Below the pieces are notes generated by a model. That model saw nothing but the letters and a program-made list of their open reading frames with translations. It searched no databases and was not told where the DNA came from. From the NCBI GenBank assembly GCA_964432885.1, contig CAYSPG010000017.1:1341-65340 (forward strand): a stretch of DNA of 64,000 nt, written 5' to 3'. The position numbers and the translations under genes are program-made. This stretch comes from an uncultured Flavobacteriaceae bacterium. Lineage in GTDB: Bacteria > Bacteroidota > Bacteroidia > AKYH767-A > OLB10. Positions 28,962-38,425 of the stretch are shown in pieces. The stretch's first letter is position 1. The number at the start of each line of letters is the position of its first letter.

Positions 28962-30377
28962 TCACGACATTCCATCCATTTTTTCGTATTTCATATAAGG
29001 TGGAATTGGAATATTAAAGTTTTGAAGAATATTGGGAACAATTGCTGTAGATAATACCGACTTTATTTCTTGTGTTTGCGGCTTTAGTTGTGGATCATAA
29101 ATAAGACAAGTACCTTCAGGAATATGATATGCTGTTGAATCAGCTTTATCTTCAATAATTAAATTATATAACCCCAATTCTTTAAACGGAATCTGAACTC
29201 CATCAACAACAGCAAATGCCTTGCTTACATTTTTTTGGCCAAAATCAATAGCAAAAAAACCGTTTTCTTGTAAACGAAAAGTGGTAGGTTCATTTCCAAT
29301 TACAATTTTTTCGAGCTTGTTTTTAAAGTCATTTACTCTTTCAGGATTAATGCGAACATTAAATTGAGGAAACATTGATGGAACTGAAGTGTATTCATCA
29401 GATTGAATTCCAAGAGCGTTTAAAAACACTTCGGGCTTTTCAACGTACACTTGTGAATCAATTTGTTCGGCTGTGGTAGATGCTTGCCCCATACTGCTTG
29501 CAACTATTAACTTATAACCCGGATTGTTATTTACAAACTCAACCACCTCCTTAAAAAAACGATTGAAAACTCCCATAGTAAAATTTATCTCATTCTTATA
29601 GGTATCCACCCAGTCCTTTTCAATATTAAAGTTAGAATAATCGCCTGGGTAGGCAGCAGCCCAATACCTGTGCATTGATGACGCTACATGGTTGGTAAAG
29701 AAAGTAGCAAACTGGGGTTTGGTATTTTTTAACTGTTTTATAAAAACATCAAAAGCAAGCACCATTTGATAAGTGCGTCTTCGTGTTTTTATCCAAGGTT
29801 TTTTTCTTTCGTTGAGCACATGCATTCCCAGTTCAACAAATGTAGAAGTGCGTAAGCCTAACCGAGGCGCATTTAAAATAACTTTTGCACCTGATTTTAG
29901 ATTCAATGATGATGATACGTTTCGAGATGATTCACGAGACATTTGAAGATTAAAATCCTGAAAAGACTCGATGTATTCAGGATAGGCGGTTTTAGATGTT
30001 GCAAATGGGTCAGGAATGTAAAATGCATAATCGCGGTAATTTTCAGGAGGAGGAGAAGAATGCATGCTTCCACAAACGCCTGTGCTTATTCCGTTTTTTT
30101 GAAGTATTTCCCAAACAGAGGGATACCTTGAATTAGCCTCTGATAAGTCTTGATTAAAATCGCTAATACGATGTTTAAGGTTATTTACACCTCTGTGTAA
30201 GGTTGGCCAGGTGATCCATGGTGATAATTCGCCTTCATCTGGAACAATGGTTTCGTATTTGCTGCATTTTTCGAGATACTGCGCCAAAAATGAATCAGGA
30301 TTTCTCTGACAATAATCGCGCATTACGCGCCATGGTACTTCATTTAGTTCAAATAAGATAACTTTTTTGGATTGCAT
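28962..30377 (-). CDS. Hypothetical protein, possibly an alkaline-phosphatase-superfamily (type I phosphodiesterase-like) enzyme
   Basis: Long clean ORF of 471 aa. N-terminal KVILFELNEVPW and a later VASSMGQ loosely resemble AlkP-core metal-site segments. The family assignment is unverified. Confidence 0.35.
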   Translation of the reverse strand: MQSKKVILFELNEVPWRVMRDYCQRNPDSFLAQYLEKCSKYETIVPDEGELSPWITWPTLHRGVNNLKHRISDFNQDLSEANSRYPSVWEILQKNGISTGVCGSMHSSPPPENYRDYAFYIPDPFATSKTAYPEYIESFQDFNLQMSRESSRNVSSSLNLKSGAKVILNAPRLGLRTSTFVELGMHVLNERKKPWIKTRRRTYQMVLAFDVFIKQLKNTKPQFATFFTNHVASSMHRYWAAAYPGDYSNFNIEKDWVDTYKNEINFTMGVFNRFFKEVVEFVNNNPGYKLIVASSMGQASTTAEQIDSQVYVEKPEVFLNALGIQSDEYTSVPSMFPQFNVRINPERVNDFKNKLEKIVIGNEPTTFRLQENGFFAIDFGQKNVSKAFAVVDGVQIPFKELGLYNLIIEDKADSTAYHIPEGTCLIYDPQLKPQTQEIKSVLSTAIVPNILQNFNIPIPPYMKYEKMDGMS

Positions 30378-30504
30378 TCGGTTTTTCGTTTTAAATAGTT
30401 AAGTAAAAGTACGGCATAATTTGGTTTTAGCGCTGACAAAAATCGTGCATTTTATGGCAGTTGTCAATACATTTTTCAACATCGTTCAAAATGGATGTAT
30501 ATTA

Positions 30505-30541
30505 AAAAAGCGAAACCCCGACCTAAGCCGGGGCTTCTACC
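30505..30541 (-). terminator. Candidate rho-independent terminator for the minus-strand small gene
   Basis: CCCCG (30516-30520) pairs with CGGGG (30529-30533) around an 8-nt loop. Plus-strand AAAAAA (30505-30510) immediately precedes the stem, which gives a U-run on the minus strand. Confidence 0.4.
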
Positions 30542-30570
30542 TAAACCTAAAAACTATGAAAACAACTTCT

Positions 30571-30915
30571 TTATTTCTGTGAATTTTCCTTTTGGAGTTT
30601 CTCCATTTTTACAGTTTTGTTTTTATTCTGTTCAGGAGATATGTCTTTAACAACTATTGTGCCTTTTTTGTTTTCTTCTTTTTTATTATTTTTTGTTATC
30701 GGCTTGCGTTTTTTGACACTATTAATTTTAGTTGGTTTAACTACTGTTTGACTTTGAGGTTTAATTATACTATCGGTTTGCGCATAAATGAAAGTGGCCG
30801 GTAGCACAATTAAGATTAAACAACTAATACCTTTTTTTATAACTGCTGTAAACACTGCACAAAGATGACTGTTTTGTAATGAAAAAGTGGTGAAACGATG
30901 TAAAAAAAATGTCAA
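30571..30915 (-). CDS. Small secreted lysine-rich hypothetical protein
   Basis: Hydrophobic segment (ISCLILIVLPATFIYAQ) followed by a K/N/Q-rich low-complexity sequence. The real start may be an internal Met. Confidence 0.35.
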   Translation of the reverse strand: MTFFLHRFTTFSLQNSHLCAVFTAVIKKGISCLILIVLPATFIYAQTDSIIKPQSQTVVKPTKINSVKKRKPITKNNKKEENKKGTIVVKDISPEQNKNKTVKMEKLQKENSQK

Positions 30916-30963
30916 TATAACTTAAAAGCACTATAGATATATCTTATTTAATTATTATAGCTC

Positions 30964-32223
30964 TTAGCCATTACTTCTAATAGCCTCAACAGGGTCAAGT
31001 CGAGATGCGCTCCATGCAGGAATAAAACCCGACAGCACCCCAATAAAGGCTGAAATTCCTATTCCCCAAAATAAATTTTCAAGGGTAAGTAACAATGAAA
31101 ATCCTAAAATATCCTCAGCAAAAAAAGTAAGTATGTAGATGATAAACAAACCGGCAAGTCCGCCAATCAAACATAAGGTAACAGCTTCAACCAAAAACTG
31201 AAGCAGAATAAAATAACGCTTTGCACCCAATGATTTTTGAATCCCTATTTGATTGGTGCGTTCGCGTACTGAAACAAACATGATGTTGGCAATACCAAAG
31301 CCACCTACTATTATTGAAAAAATAGCAATAAAACCTCCTGCAAAATTTACCGTGCTAAACAAACTTGAAACACCATTGGTAAATAATGTAGATTCATTAA
31401 GAGCAAAGTTATCATCTTGTGAAGGGCGCAACCTTCTGATTGAACGCATGGCACTTTTTAAATCATCTTTTGCATATGCAGCAGCAATTCCATCTTTAAT
31501 TTTTGCTTTTATAAACGGGTTGTTGTTCTCTGTTTTAAGATCAACCAGATTACGGCCACTGTTTAATGGTATAAGCACAAAATTATCTGAACTTGCCTCA
31601 AGTAAACTTTTGCCTTCCTTTTTAAAAACTCCTATTACTTCAAACCTTTTTCCTAATACCTTTATGCTTTTTCCAATTGGGTTTGTGTTTCCAAATAATC
31701 CATCGGCCACATCATTACCAATTACCGCGATTGGGCGACCCGAAGCTGATTCTGTTTCAGAAAAATAGCGCCCATCTCGAATGTCAAATGATTTTATTTT
31801 ATAGTAATCATGTGTCGCCAAGCCAACTGTAATATTCTCAACAGCGTTATTCAAATATTTTACCGTTCTGTTGGCCACATAAGCTTCAAACGTAAATGTT
31901 TGAATAGTGCTGGTACGAATTTTTAGCTCCTCCATTTCTTTAGGAGATGGCACAGGCCTCTGCCAATACTTCCACCAGTTATCAAAGCCTCCTTCCCATG
32001 GCCATTTTTCGATATAAATCACATTGTCGCCAAACGATTCCATACTTTTATGAATGTTATCTTCCATCCCATCCACAACAGTAAACACAGATATGATGGA
32101 AAAAATGCCTATAGTGATTCCTAATAACGATAAAAAAGTACGCAGTTTATTGGCACGCAAAGCATGCAGGGCAAACAAAACGCTTTCTTTTAAAAGTTTA
32201 ATAAATATACGCAGCCTTAGCAT
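30964..32223 (-). CDS. ABC transporter permease, FtsX/MacB-like
   Basis: N-terminal TM helix, large periplasmic domain, and the C-terminal FtsX 4-TM module (KSLGAKRYFILLQFLVEAVTL...SRLDPVEAIRS). No ATPase gene is adjacent. Confidence 0.85.
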   Translation of the reverse strand: MLRLRIFIKLLKESVLFALHALRANKLRTFLSLLGITIGIFSIISVFTVVDGMEDNIHKSMESFGDNVIYIEKWPWEGGFDNWWKYWQRPVPSPKEMEELKIRTSTIQTFTFEAYVANRTVKYLNNAVENITVGLATHDYYKIKSFDIRDGRYFSETESASGRPIAVIGNDVADGLFGNTNPIGKSIKVLGKRFEVIGVFKKEGKSLLEASSDNFVLIPLNSGRNLVDLKTENNNPFIKAKIKDGIAAAYAKDDLKSAMRSIRRLRPSQDDNFALNESTLFTNGVSSLFSTVNFAGGFIAIFSIIVGGFGIANIMFVSVRERTNQIGIQKSLGAKRYFILLQFLVEAVTLCLIGGLAGLFIIYILTFFAEDILGFSLLLTLENLFWGIGISAFIGVLSGFIPAWSASRLDPVEAIRSNG

Positions 32224-32546
32224 GACACAAAGGTAGTAGAAATGTTAAAGTTAAATATTGCGTTTCGGTTTACTAGCAATACTGTTTATCTTTTGTTAAG
32301 AGCAATTTTTTTTTTAAAATAGTCTAAACAAAAAAAAACGTCCTTTAGTTTTTGCAACCGAGGCCATCTTAGTGAAAAAAAATAAACTTATTGTAACACA
32401 TTTTTTCCATGCTTTACATTGTCGGTAATTTTGACAGGGGCAAGTGTTTAATTGTAAATGCCATTTAAGAGAGTTCCTTTTTCCAGAAGTATCACATTCA
32501 CTAATACAACGAAAGATTTTTTACAATTTCACTCTTTTGTACCAAA

Positions 32547-32584
32547 TAAAAAAGCCATCCTTACAGGGATGGCCTTTTTATTTT
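32547..32584 (-). terminator. Bidirectional rho-independent terminator downstream of the histone-like gene
   Basis: GCCATCC (32554-32560) pairs with GGATGGC (32567-32573) around a 6-nt loop. It is flanked by AAAAAA upstream and TTTTTATTTTT downstream on the plus strand. Confidence 0.6.
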
Positions 32585-32595
32585 TAAAGAAGATA

Positions 32596-32820
32596 TTACT
32601 TCTTCTTTTTAGCAGCTTTCTTTTTAGCGGCTTTCTTTTTAGCGGCTTTCTTTTTAGGAGCCGCTTTTTTTGCAGAAACTGACCTACGCTTTGCAGCTTT
32701 CTTTTTAGGTGCAGCTTTCTTTTTAGCAGCTTTCTTTTTAGCCGCTTTCTTTTTGGGGGCAGCTTTTTTTGCCTCCACAACTGAAGTAGTAACTTCAGCA
32801 ATCATTGAATTGTTCATCAT
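32596..32820 (-). CDS. Histone H1-like basic protein with (KAAKK)n repeats
   Basis: The 74-aa product reads MMNNSMIAEVTTSVVEAKKAAPKKKAAKKKAAKKKAAPKKKAAKRR...KKK. It has its own terminator. The coding DNA is a tandem repeat of gctttctttttagcggc units. Confidence 0.6.
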   Translation of the reverse strand: MMNNSMIAEVTTSVVEAKKAAPKKKAAKKKAAKKKAAPKKKAAKRRSVSAKKAAPKKKAAKKKAAKKKAAKKKK

Positions 32821-32924
32821 GATTATTTATTTATTGGTTAATTAATCACACATTTATACTTCCGTTCTCTATTAATTGTTACATTATTTGAGCAACAATT
32901 TTTATTAAACAGATTTTTATTGAA

Positions 32925-34169
32925 TTAATGCACTGCTATTTTTTCTGATTGATATTCTCCTGCAGCAAGTTTTCCTTTTATTTTAGTAAACGCGTCAATC
33001 GTATATTTTACATCATCCAATGTATGCACTGCTGTTGGTATCAATCGCAGCATAATAATTCCTTTGGGCACAACAGGATAAACAACCATTGAGCAAAACA
33101 CATCGTAGTTTTCGCGCAAATCAAAAATCAAATTGGTTGCTTCGGGAATGGTTCCGTTTAAATATACGGGTGTTACAGGCGATTGCGTTTTTCCAATTTC
33201 AAATCCAGCTTCTTTTAACCCACCTTGTAATGCATCAACAATTTTCCACAGGTTTGCTTTCAACTCCGGTTTTGATTTTAAAAGTTCCAACCGCTTTAAT
33301 GCGCCTATTACTAAAGGCATTGGTAAGCTTTTGGCAAATATCTGCGAACGCATATTATATTTCATGTACTCAATAACCTGCGCATCGCTGGCAATAAAAG
33401 CTCCGATGAGTGCCATTGATTTTGCAAACGTTCCAAAATATATATCTACTCCATCCTGAACACCTTGTTCTTCGCCTGTTCCTGCTCCGGTTTTTCCCAT
33501 GGTGCCAAAGCCGTGTGCATCGTCAACAAAAAGTCTGAACTGGAATTTCTTTTTCAATGCAACAATCTCTTTCAACTTACCCTGATCACCGCTCATCCCA
33601 AACACACCTTCTGTGATTACCAATATGCTTCCTCCGGTTTCGTCAACAATTTTTTTGGCGCGCTCAAGTTGCTTTGATAGATTCTCAATATCATTATGCG
33701 GATACACAAACCGTTTGCCCATGTGCAAACGCAATCCATCTATTATACATGCATGCGATTCGCTATCATATACTATTACGTCATGTCGGTCAACCAAACA
33801 GTCAATGGCGCTAACCATGCCCTGATATCCAAAGTTTAATAATATAGCATCTTCTTTTCCTTCAAATTGTGCAAGTTCTTTTTCAAGTTGCATATGCAAG
33901 TCACTTTCGCCACTCATCATACGAGCGCCCATCGGAAGTCCTAATCCAAATTTTTGTGCACCTTCGGTATCTGCTTTGCGAACTTCAGGGTGATTTGCAA
34001 GCCCCAGGTAATTATTTAAGCTCCAAACTAATTTTTCTTTTCCGCGAAAAATCATTCGGTTTGAAATTTCTCCTTCAAGTTTTGGAAAAGTAAAATAACC
34101 GTGCGATTCTTTTGCATGCATGCCCAACGGACCGCGGTTCTTTTTAATTTTCTCAAACAAATCTGCCAT
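32925..34169 (-). CDS. Alpha-oxoamine synthase family PLP-dependent acyltransferase (Kbl / serine palmitoyltransferase-like)
   Basis: Class-II aminotransferase fold. The GTFAKSM lysine region (PLP Lys) and DDAHGFG are present. 414 aa. Kbl versus Spt versus BioF cannot be resolved by eye. Confidence 0.75.
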   Translation of the reverse strand: MADLFEKIKKNRGPLGMHAKESHGYFTFPKLEGEISNRMIFRGKEKLVWSLNNYLGLANHPEVRKADTEGAQKFGLGLPMGARMMSGESDLHMQLEKELAQFEGKEDAILLNFGYQGMVSAIDCLVDRHDVIVYDSESHACIIDGLRLHMGKRFVYPHNDIENLSKQLERAKKIVDETGGSILVITEGVFGMSGDQGKLKEIVALKKKFQFRLFVDDAHGFGTMGKTGAGTGEEQGVQDGVDIYFGTFAKSMALIGAFIASDAQVIEYMKYNMRSQIFAKSLPMPLVIGALKRLELLKSKPELKANLWKIVDALQGGLKEAGFEIGKTQSPVTPVYLNGTIPEATNLIFDLRENYDVFCSMVVYPVVPKGIIMLRLIPTAVHTLDDVKYTIDAFTKIKGKLAAGEYQSEKIAVH

Positions 34170-35017
34170 ACTTTTTTTTGAAAAACTTTTTTTTGTTTCT
34201 CTGTTTTATTATTTCCGAAATATCACAACATTTTTTTTTCGCGAAACATTTTCAACTAAGATGTTTTCAACATAAAAATGTTAATCGCTTTTTTTAGTTT
34301 GCGAAAACTTTTTAATAAAAAAAATTCTGCGTTTGTTTTTATTAAAAACATTTTTATTGAAATTTTCAGAGGAGAAAATAACTTTAAGCAAGAAAAAAAT
34401 GATTACACTCAAAATTTTTATTTTAAAAAATAAGTTTTTCGTGCATTTTTATTTTTCAAAACCGTTGTTAATTATTTTGCATTTGCACAAAAAAAATTTC
34501 CTAAAATGACGTTAGCGTAACAAAAAGTTTAATGATTTTTTGATTTTAAAAATCCTTGTTTCAAAAAAGTTTCACTATTTTTTTTTGTTTCATCAACCAA
34601 AAAAAATTATTGTTAGCACTTTTTTTTGTCAACAAATACGCTATTTTTTTTAATGCAATAAAAGGCAATTGGAATCTCACCAAATTTTGCAATGGTTATT
34701 TCCGTAATTAAAAAAGGTTTTGGTATGATAGAATTTGTAGTAACCGAAAAAAATTATTTTATTTTTTTCTTTCATATCATTCAAGCAAATCAAATGTTGC
34801 GTTGTAGATTAAAATTGATTTTTAAAAAGGCTCTAAGTGGTTGCTTTTTTTATTTCCTTACTTAACCTAAAATATTTAGTTCGTAGTTTGATTGGTTCAG
34901 CTATTTCAGGTGTTTAAGTAAACCCTTCTTTGACGCAATGCATAATGACCATACCAACAGTTCAAGTCCAACATTTGGTTTTCATTGTAGAGAAGCGCCT
35001 TTTACTATCTTCGCGCC

Positions 35018-35872
35018 ATGTTTTCAAAAAAAGGCTCGTGGAGCATATATATTATAGTATCTGCATTGTTGCTTTCGTCATGCCAAAAGCGCATTGTGCT
35101 TAAGGAACATAATTTTAAAGGCCGCTTTAACCGTGTTGCCAAAAGCACCGATATGGAAATGAAGTACAAAGCGGCTATGATATATTTTGATAAAAAGAAG
35201 TACTACAACGCATTGCAATTGTTTGAAGAACTTATACCTATATATAAAGGTTCGGGAAAAGCAGAAAGTATATACTATTATTATAGCCTTTGTTATTATA
35301 ACACCAGCGATTACATTAGTGCAGCATATCACTTTAGCAACTTTGCACAAACTTTTCCTAGTAGCCCCCATGCCGAAGATGCACTTTATTATAATGCATA
35401 TTGTTATTATTTAGATGCACCTGAGTCAAGTTTGGATCAACAAAGTTCGGTTGACGCCATTAAGCAGTTTCAGCTATTTGCAAACCGCTACCCCAATAGC
35501 CAGCGCCTTGCCGACTGTAACAAATATATAGACGAACTGCGCTTTAAACTGGAAACCAAAGCTTATGATAATGCACGCTTATATTATAAGATGCAGGATT
35601 ATAAATCTGCTGTGGTAGCACTTGGTAATGTGGTAAAAGACTTTCCAGCTACCATATATCGGCAAGAATGCCTATTTTTGATGCTTAAATCTGCCTACCT
35701 TTATGCAGGCAATAGCATTGAAACAAAAAAAGAAGAACGATATAAAAATGCTGTTGAGCACTACGCAAAATTAATGGAGGCATTTCCTGAATCGCGCTAT
35801 AAAAAAGATGCAGAGAAATTAATGGAAGAAATAAATTACAAATTGGCTGCTTACACAACAAAAAACGGATAA
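35018..35872 (+). CDS. bamD: Outer membrane protein assembly factor BamD (TPR lipoprotein)
   Basis: Lipobox LLSSC. TPR-like repeats rich in Y/A. Conserved position upstream of rpoZ-coaBC as in Flavobacteriia. Confidence 0.8.
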   Translation: MFSKKGSWSIYIIVSALLLSSCQKRIVLKEHNFKGRFNRVAKSTDMEMKYKAAMIYFDKKKYYNALQLFEELIPIYKGSGKAESIYYYYSLCYYNTSDYISAAYHFSNFAQTFPSSPHAEDALYYNAYCYYLDAPESSLDQQSSVDAIKQFQLFANRYPNSQRLADCNKYIDELRFKLETKAYDNARLYYKMQDYKSAVVALGNVVKDFPATIYRQECLFLMLKSAYLYAGNSIETKKEERYKNAVEHYAKLMEAFPESRYKKDAEKLMEEINYKLAAYTTKNG

Positions 35873-35892
35873 CATATTTACATCACTATAAA

Positions 35893-36231
35893 ATGGAGAA
35901 CTTAAACAAAAACGTATCGCATACCACAATTACCCGCGATATGATTGATTTTGAAAAAGACACACAAAACATTTATGAAAGTTTGGTTGTAATTGCTCGC
36001 AGAGCCAACCATATCTCAGCAAATATTAGAGAAGAATTGCACGATAAGCTAAGCGAATTCTCTCCTTCAACCGACACCTTGGATGAAGTATTTGAAAACC
36101 GCGAACAAATAGAAATTTCAAAGTATTACGAGCGATTGCCTAAATCAACGTTGGTAGCAGTACAGGAGTTTTTAGACGGAAAAATTTATTTCCGTAATCC
36201 TGTTAAAGAAGAAGCCGGGAACAAAGCCTGA
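35893..36231 (+). CDS. rpoZ: DNA-directed RNA polymerase subunit omega (Bacteroidota long form)
   Basis: NIYESLVVIARRANHISANIREEL matches the omega-subunit core helix. Its position between bamD and coaBC fits conserved synteny. Confidence 0.6.
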   Translation: MENLNKNVSHTTITRDMIDFEKDTQNIYESLVVIARRANHISANIREELHDKLSEFSPSTDTLDEVFENREQIEISKYYERLPKSTLVAVQEFLDGKIYFRNPVKEEAGNKA

Positions 36232-36237
36232 TAAATC

Positions 36238-37443
36238 ATGTTGCAGGGAAAAAAAATCCTGCTTGGTGTAACAGGAAGCATTGCTGCTTATAAAACACCT
36301 GAATTGGTAAGGCACCTAATTAAAAAAGGTGCCGAAGTAAAAGTTATTACAACACCTTCAGCATCTGATTTTGTTTCAGAGCTTGTGTTAAGCACTGTTT
36401 CTAAAAACAAAATTTTTACATCCTTTTACAATCAAAACAAAACCCAGTGGCATAACCATGTTGAATTAGGTCTTTGGTGTGATTTGTTTTTGGTGGCACC
36501 GGCATCTGCTAATACAATTGCGAAATTTGCTTCGGGCATTTGCGATAATTTGCTTACAGCCACCTTTCTTTCATGCCGGTCAAAAGTGATTATGGCGCCT
36601 GCAATGGATGTGGATATGTACAGGCACTTTACAACAAAAGAGAATATTTTTTTGCTTGAAGAAAATGGAATCTCATTTATTGGCCCTGATAAAGGTGAAC
36701 TTGCCAGCGGACTTGAAGGCGAAGGCCGAATGTGCGAACCCGAAACAATTGTTGGTGTTATCGAAAATCTTTTTTCGAATAACCTTTCTTTAAAAGGAAA
36801 AAAAGCACTTGTTACTGCCGGCCCTACTTTTGAAGCTATTGACCCGGTTCGTTTCATAGGAAATCATTCGTCAGGTAAAATGGGAGTTGCCATTGCCAAT
36901 GAACTTTGTGACCGCGGTGCACAGGTTACCTTAATTACAGGTCCTGGGGTTAACACAAGTAAGGTTAATTCGCAAGTAAAAAAAATTAGTGTGATAGCAG
37001 CTTCAGATATGTTAAAAGCCTGCAATAAGTATTTTAAAGATGCCAACGTTACTATTATGGCCGCTGCAGTGGCCGATTTTACTCCCACACATGTTGCCTC
37101 TAAAAAAATAAAAAAAGCTGATAGTAGTAACCTGAATCTTGAACTAAAACCTACCGTTGACATACTTGCTACTCTTGGAAAACAAAAGCAAAAAAAACAA
37201 TTGCTTGTTGGTTTTGCATTGGAAACTAATAACGAAACCGAAAACGCAATAAAAAAATTAAAAAATAAAAACCTCGATTTCATCGTTCTTAATTCCATGC
37301 AGGACAAAGGAGCCACCTTTAACTCAGACTATAATAAGATTACCATCATTGACAAAAACAAAAAGGCCACCGCTTTTGACTTAAAGCCCAAAGAACAGGT
37401 TGCTACTGATATTGTAAACAAAATAATTACCTTGATGCAATGA
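36238..37443 (+). CDS. coaBC: Bifunctional phosphopantothenoylcysteine decarboxylase / phosphopantothenate-cysteine ligase
   Basis: Flavoprotein N-domain (ILLGVTGSIAAYK, PAMDVDMY) and CoaB C-domain (TAGPTFEAIDPVRFIGNHSSGKMG). 401 aa. Confidence 0.92.
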   Translation: MLQGKKILLGVTGSIAAYKTPELVRHLIKKGAEVKVITTPSASDFVSELVLSTVSKNKIFTSFYNQNKTQWHNHVELGLWCDLFLVAPASANTIAKFASGICDNLLTATFLSCRSKVIMAPAMDVDMYRHFTTKENIFLLEENGISFIGPDKGELASGLEGEGRMCEPETIVGVIENLFSNNLSLKGKKALVTAGPTFEAIDPVRFIGNHSSGKMGVAIANELCDRGAQVTLITGPGVNTSKVNSQVKKISVIAASDMLKACNKYFKDANVTIMAAAVADFTPTHVASKKIKKADSSNLNLELKPTVDILATLGKQKQKKQLLVGFALETNNETENAIKKLKNKNLDFIVLNSMQDKGATFNSDYNKITIIDKNKKATAFDLKPKEQVATDIVNKIITLMQ

Positions 37444-38336
37444 ACAAAAAAATTTTCTCTTTCCTTGTTTTCTTTATTCCGTTTGCTGCAATTGCACAGG
37501 AATTTAACTGTACGGTAAGTGTGATGGCACCGCAAATTCAAAACATTGACCAAAAAGTTTTTCAAACACTTCAGCAGGCTATTTATGAGTTTATGAATAA
37601 CCAAAAATGGACAGGAGATAAATACCTAAACCAAGAGCGCATTGAATGGACAATTTTAATTACCGTAAGTGAGCGTATTTCAAACGATGAGTTTAAGGGG
37701 AGCATACAAGTGCAATCGCGCAGACCCATTTTTCAAACCTCGTATAACTCGCCCTTGTTTAATTACAATGACGAAAATTTTCAATTTAAATATGTAGAGT
37801 TTCAGCCATTGGAGTTTAACGAAAGCGGAAGCAACCCAAACCTTACTGCAGTGCTTGCATTTTATGCATATATAATTTTAGGAATTGATTACGATACTTT
37901 TTCGCTTAACGGGGGCGCGCAATATTTTGCAAAAGCGCAGCAAATTGCAAGCAACATGCAAAGCGCGCAGGAAAATGGTTGGAAAGCGTTTGAAGGTACA
38001 CGCAACCGCTACTGGCTTTCAGAAAACATAAACAACCCTGTGTTTAAACCTTATCATGAAATGATGTATAATTATCATAGGCAAGGGCTTGATGTAATGG
38101 CCAAGAAAAAAGAAGATGCATTAAGCGCCATAACCGAAAGCATTGAGTCGTTGCAAAGTGTACATCAGGAAAAACCCGGATCGGTTTTGTTTCAAACACT
38201 TTTTTATGCCAAGGCTGATGAACTTGTAAATATTTACAGCGGTGCTTTTCCTGAGATGAAAGTGCGCGCCAGCAACGTGCTTAATGAGATTGATCCCGCC
38301 AACTCATCAAAGTATTCTAAAATTTTAGGGAATTAA
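37440..38336 (+). CDS. DUF4835-family secreted protein
   Basis: Signal peptide. ATGA overlap with the coaBC stop. Conserved coaBC-DUF4835 neighbourhood in Flavobacteriia. Confidence 0.65.
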   Translation: MNKKIFSFLVFFIPFAAIAQEFNCTVSVMAPQIQNIDQKVFQTLQQAIYEFMNNQKWTGDKYLNQERIEWTILITVSERISNDEFKGSIQVQSRRPIFQTSYNSPLFNYNDENFQFKYVEFQPLEFNESGSNPNLTAVLAFYAYIILGIDYDTFSLNGGAQYFAKAQQIASNMQSAQENGWKAFEGTRNRYWLSENINNPVFKPYHEMMYNYHRQGLDVMAKKKEDALSAITESIESLQSVHQEKPGSVLFQTLFYAKADELVNIYSGAFPEMKVRASNVLNEIDPANSSKYSKILGN

Positions 38337-38425
38337 TAGTAGGTTAAAGTAATGTTGATTTTAGACGGCACAAAATCGTCATCATTTTCAATTTCCTACA
38401 TTCGCAAGCAAATAAAATTTGCTTT

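Noticed and set aside
32616-32760. Tandem DNA repeat gctttctttttagcggc, possibly a non-coding minisatellite
   Set aside because: It is the coding sequence, on the minus strand, of the AKKKAAKKK repeats of the histone H1-like ORF, which has a start, stop and terminator.
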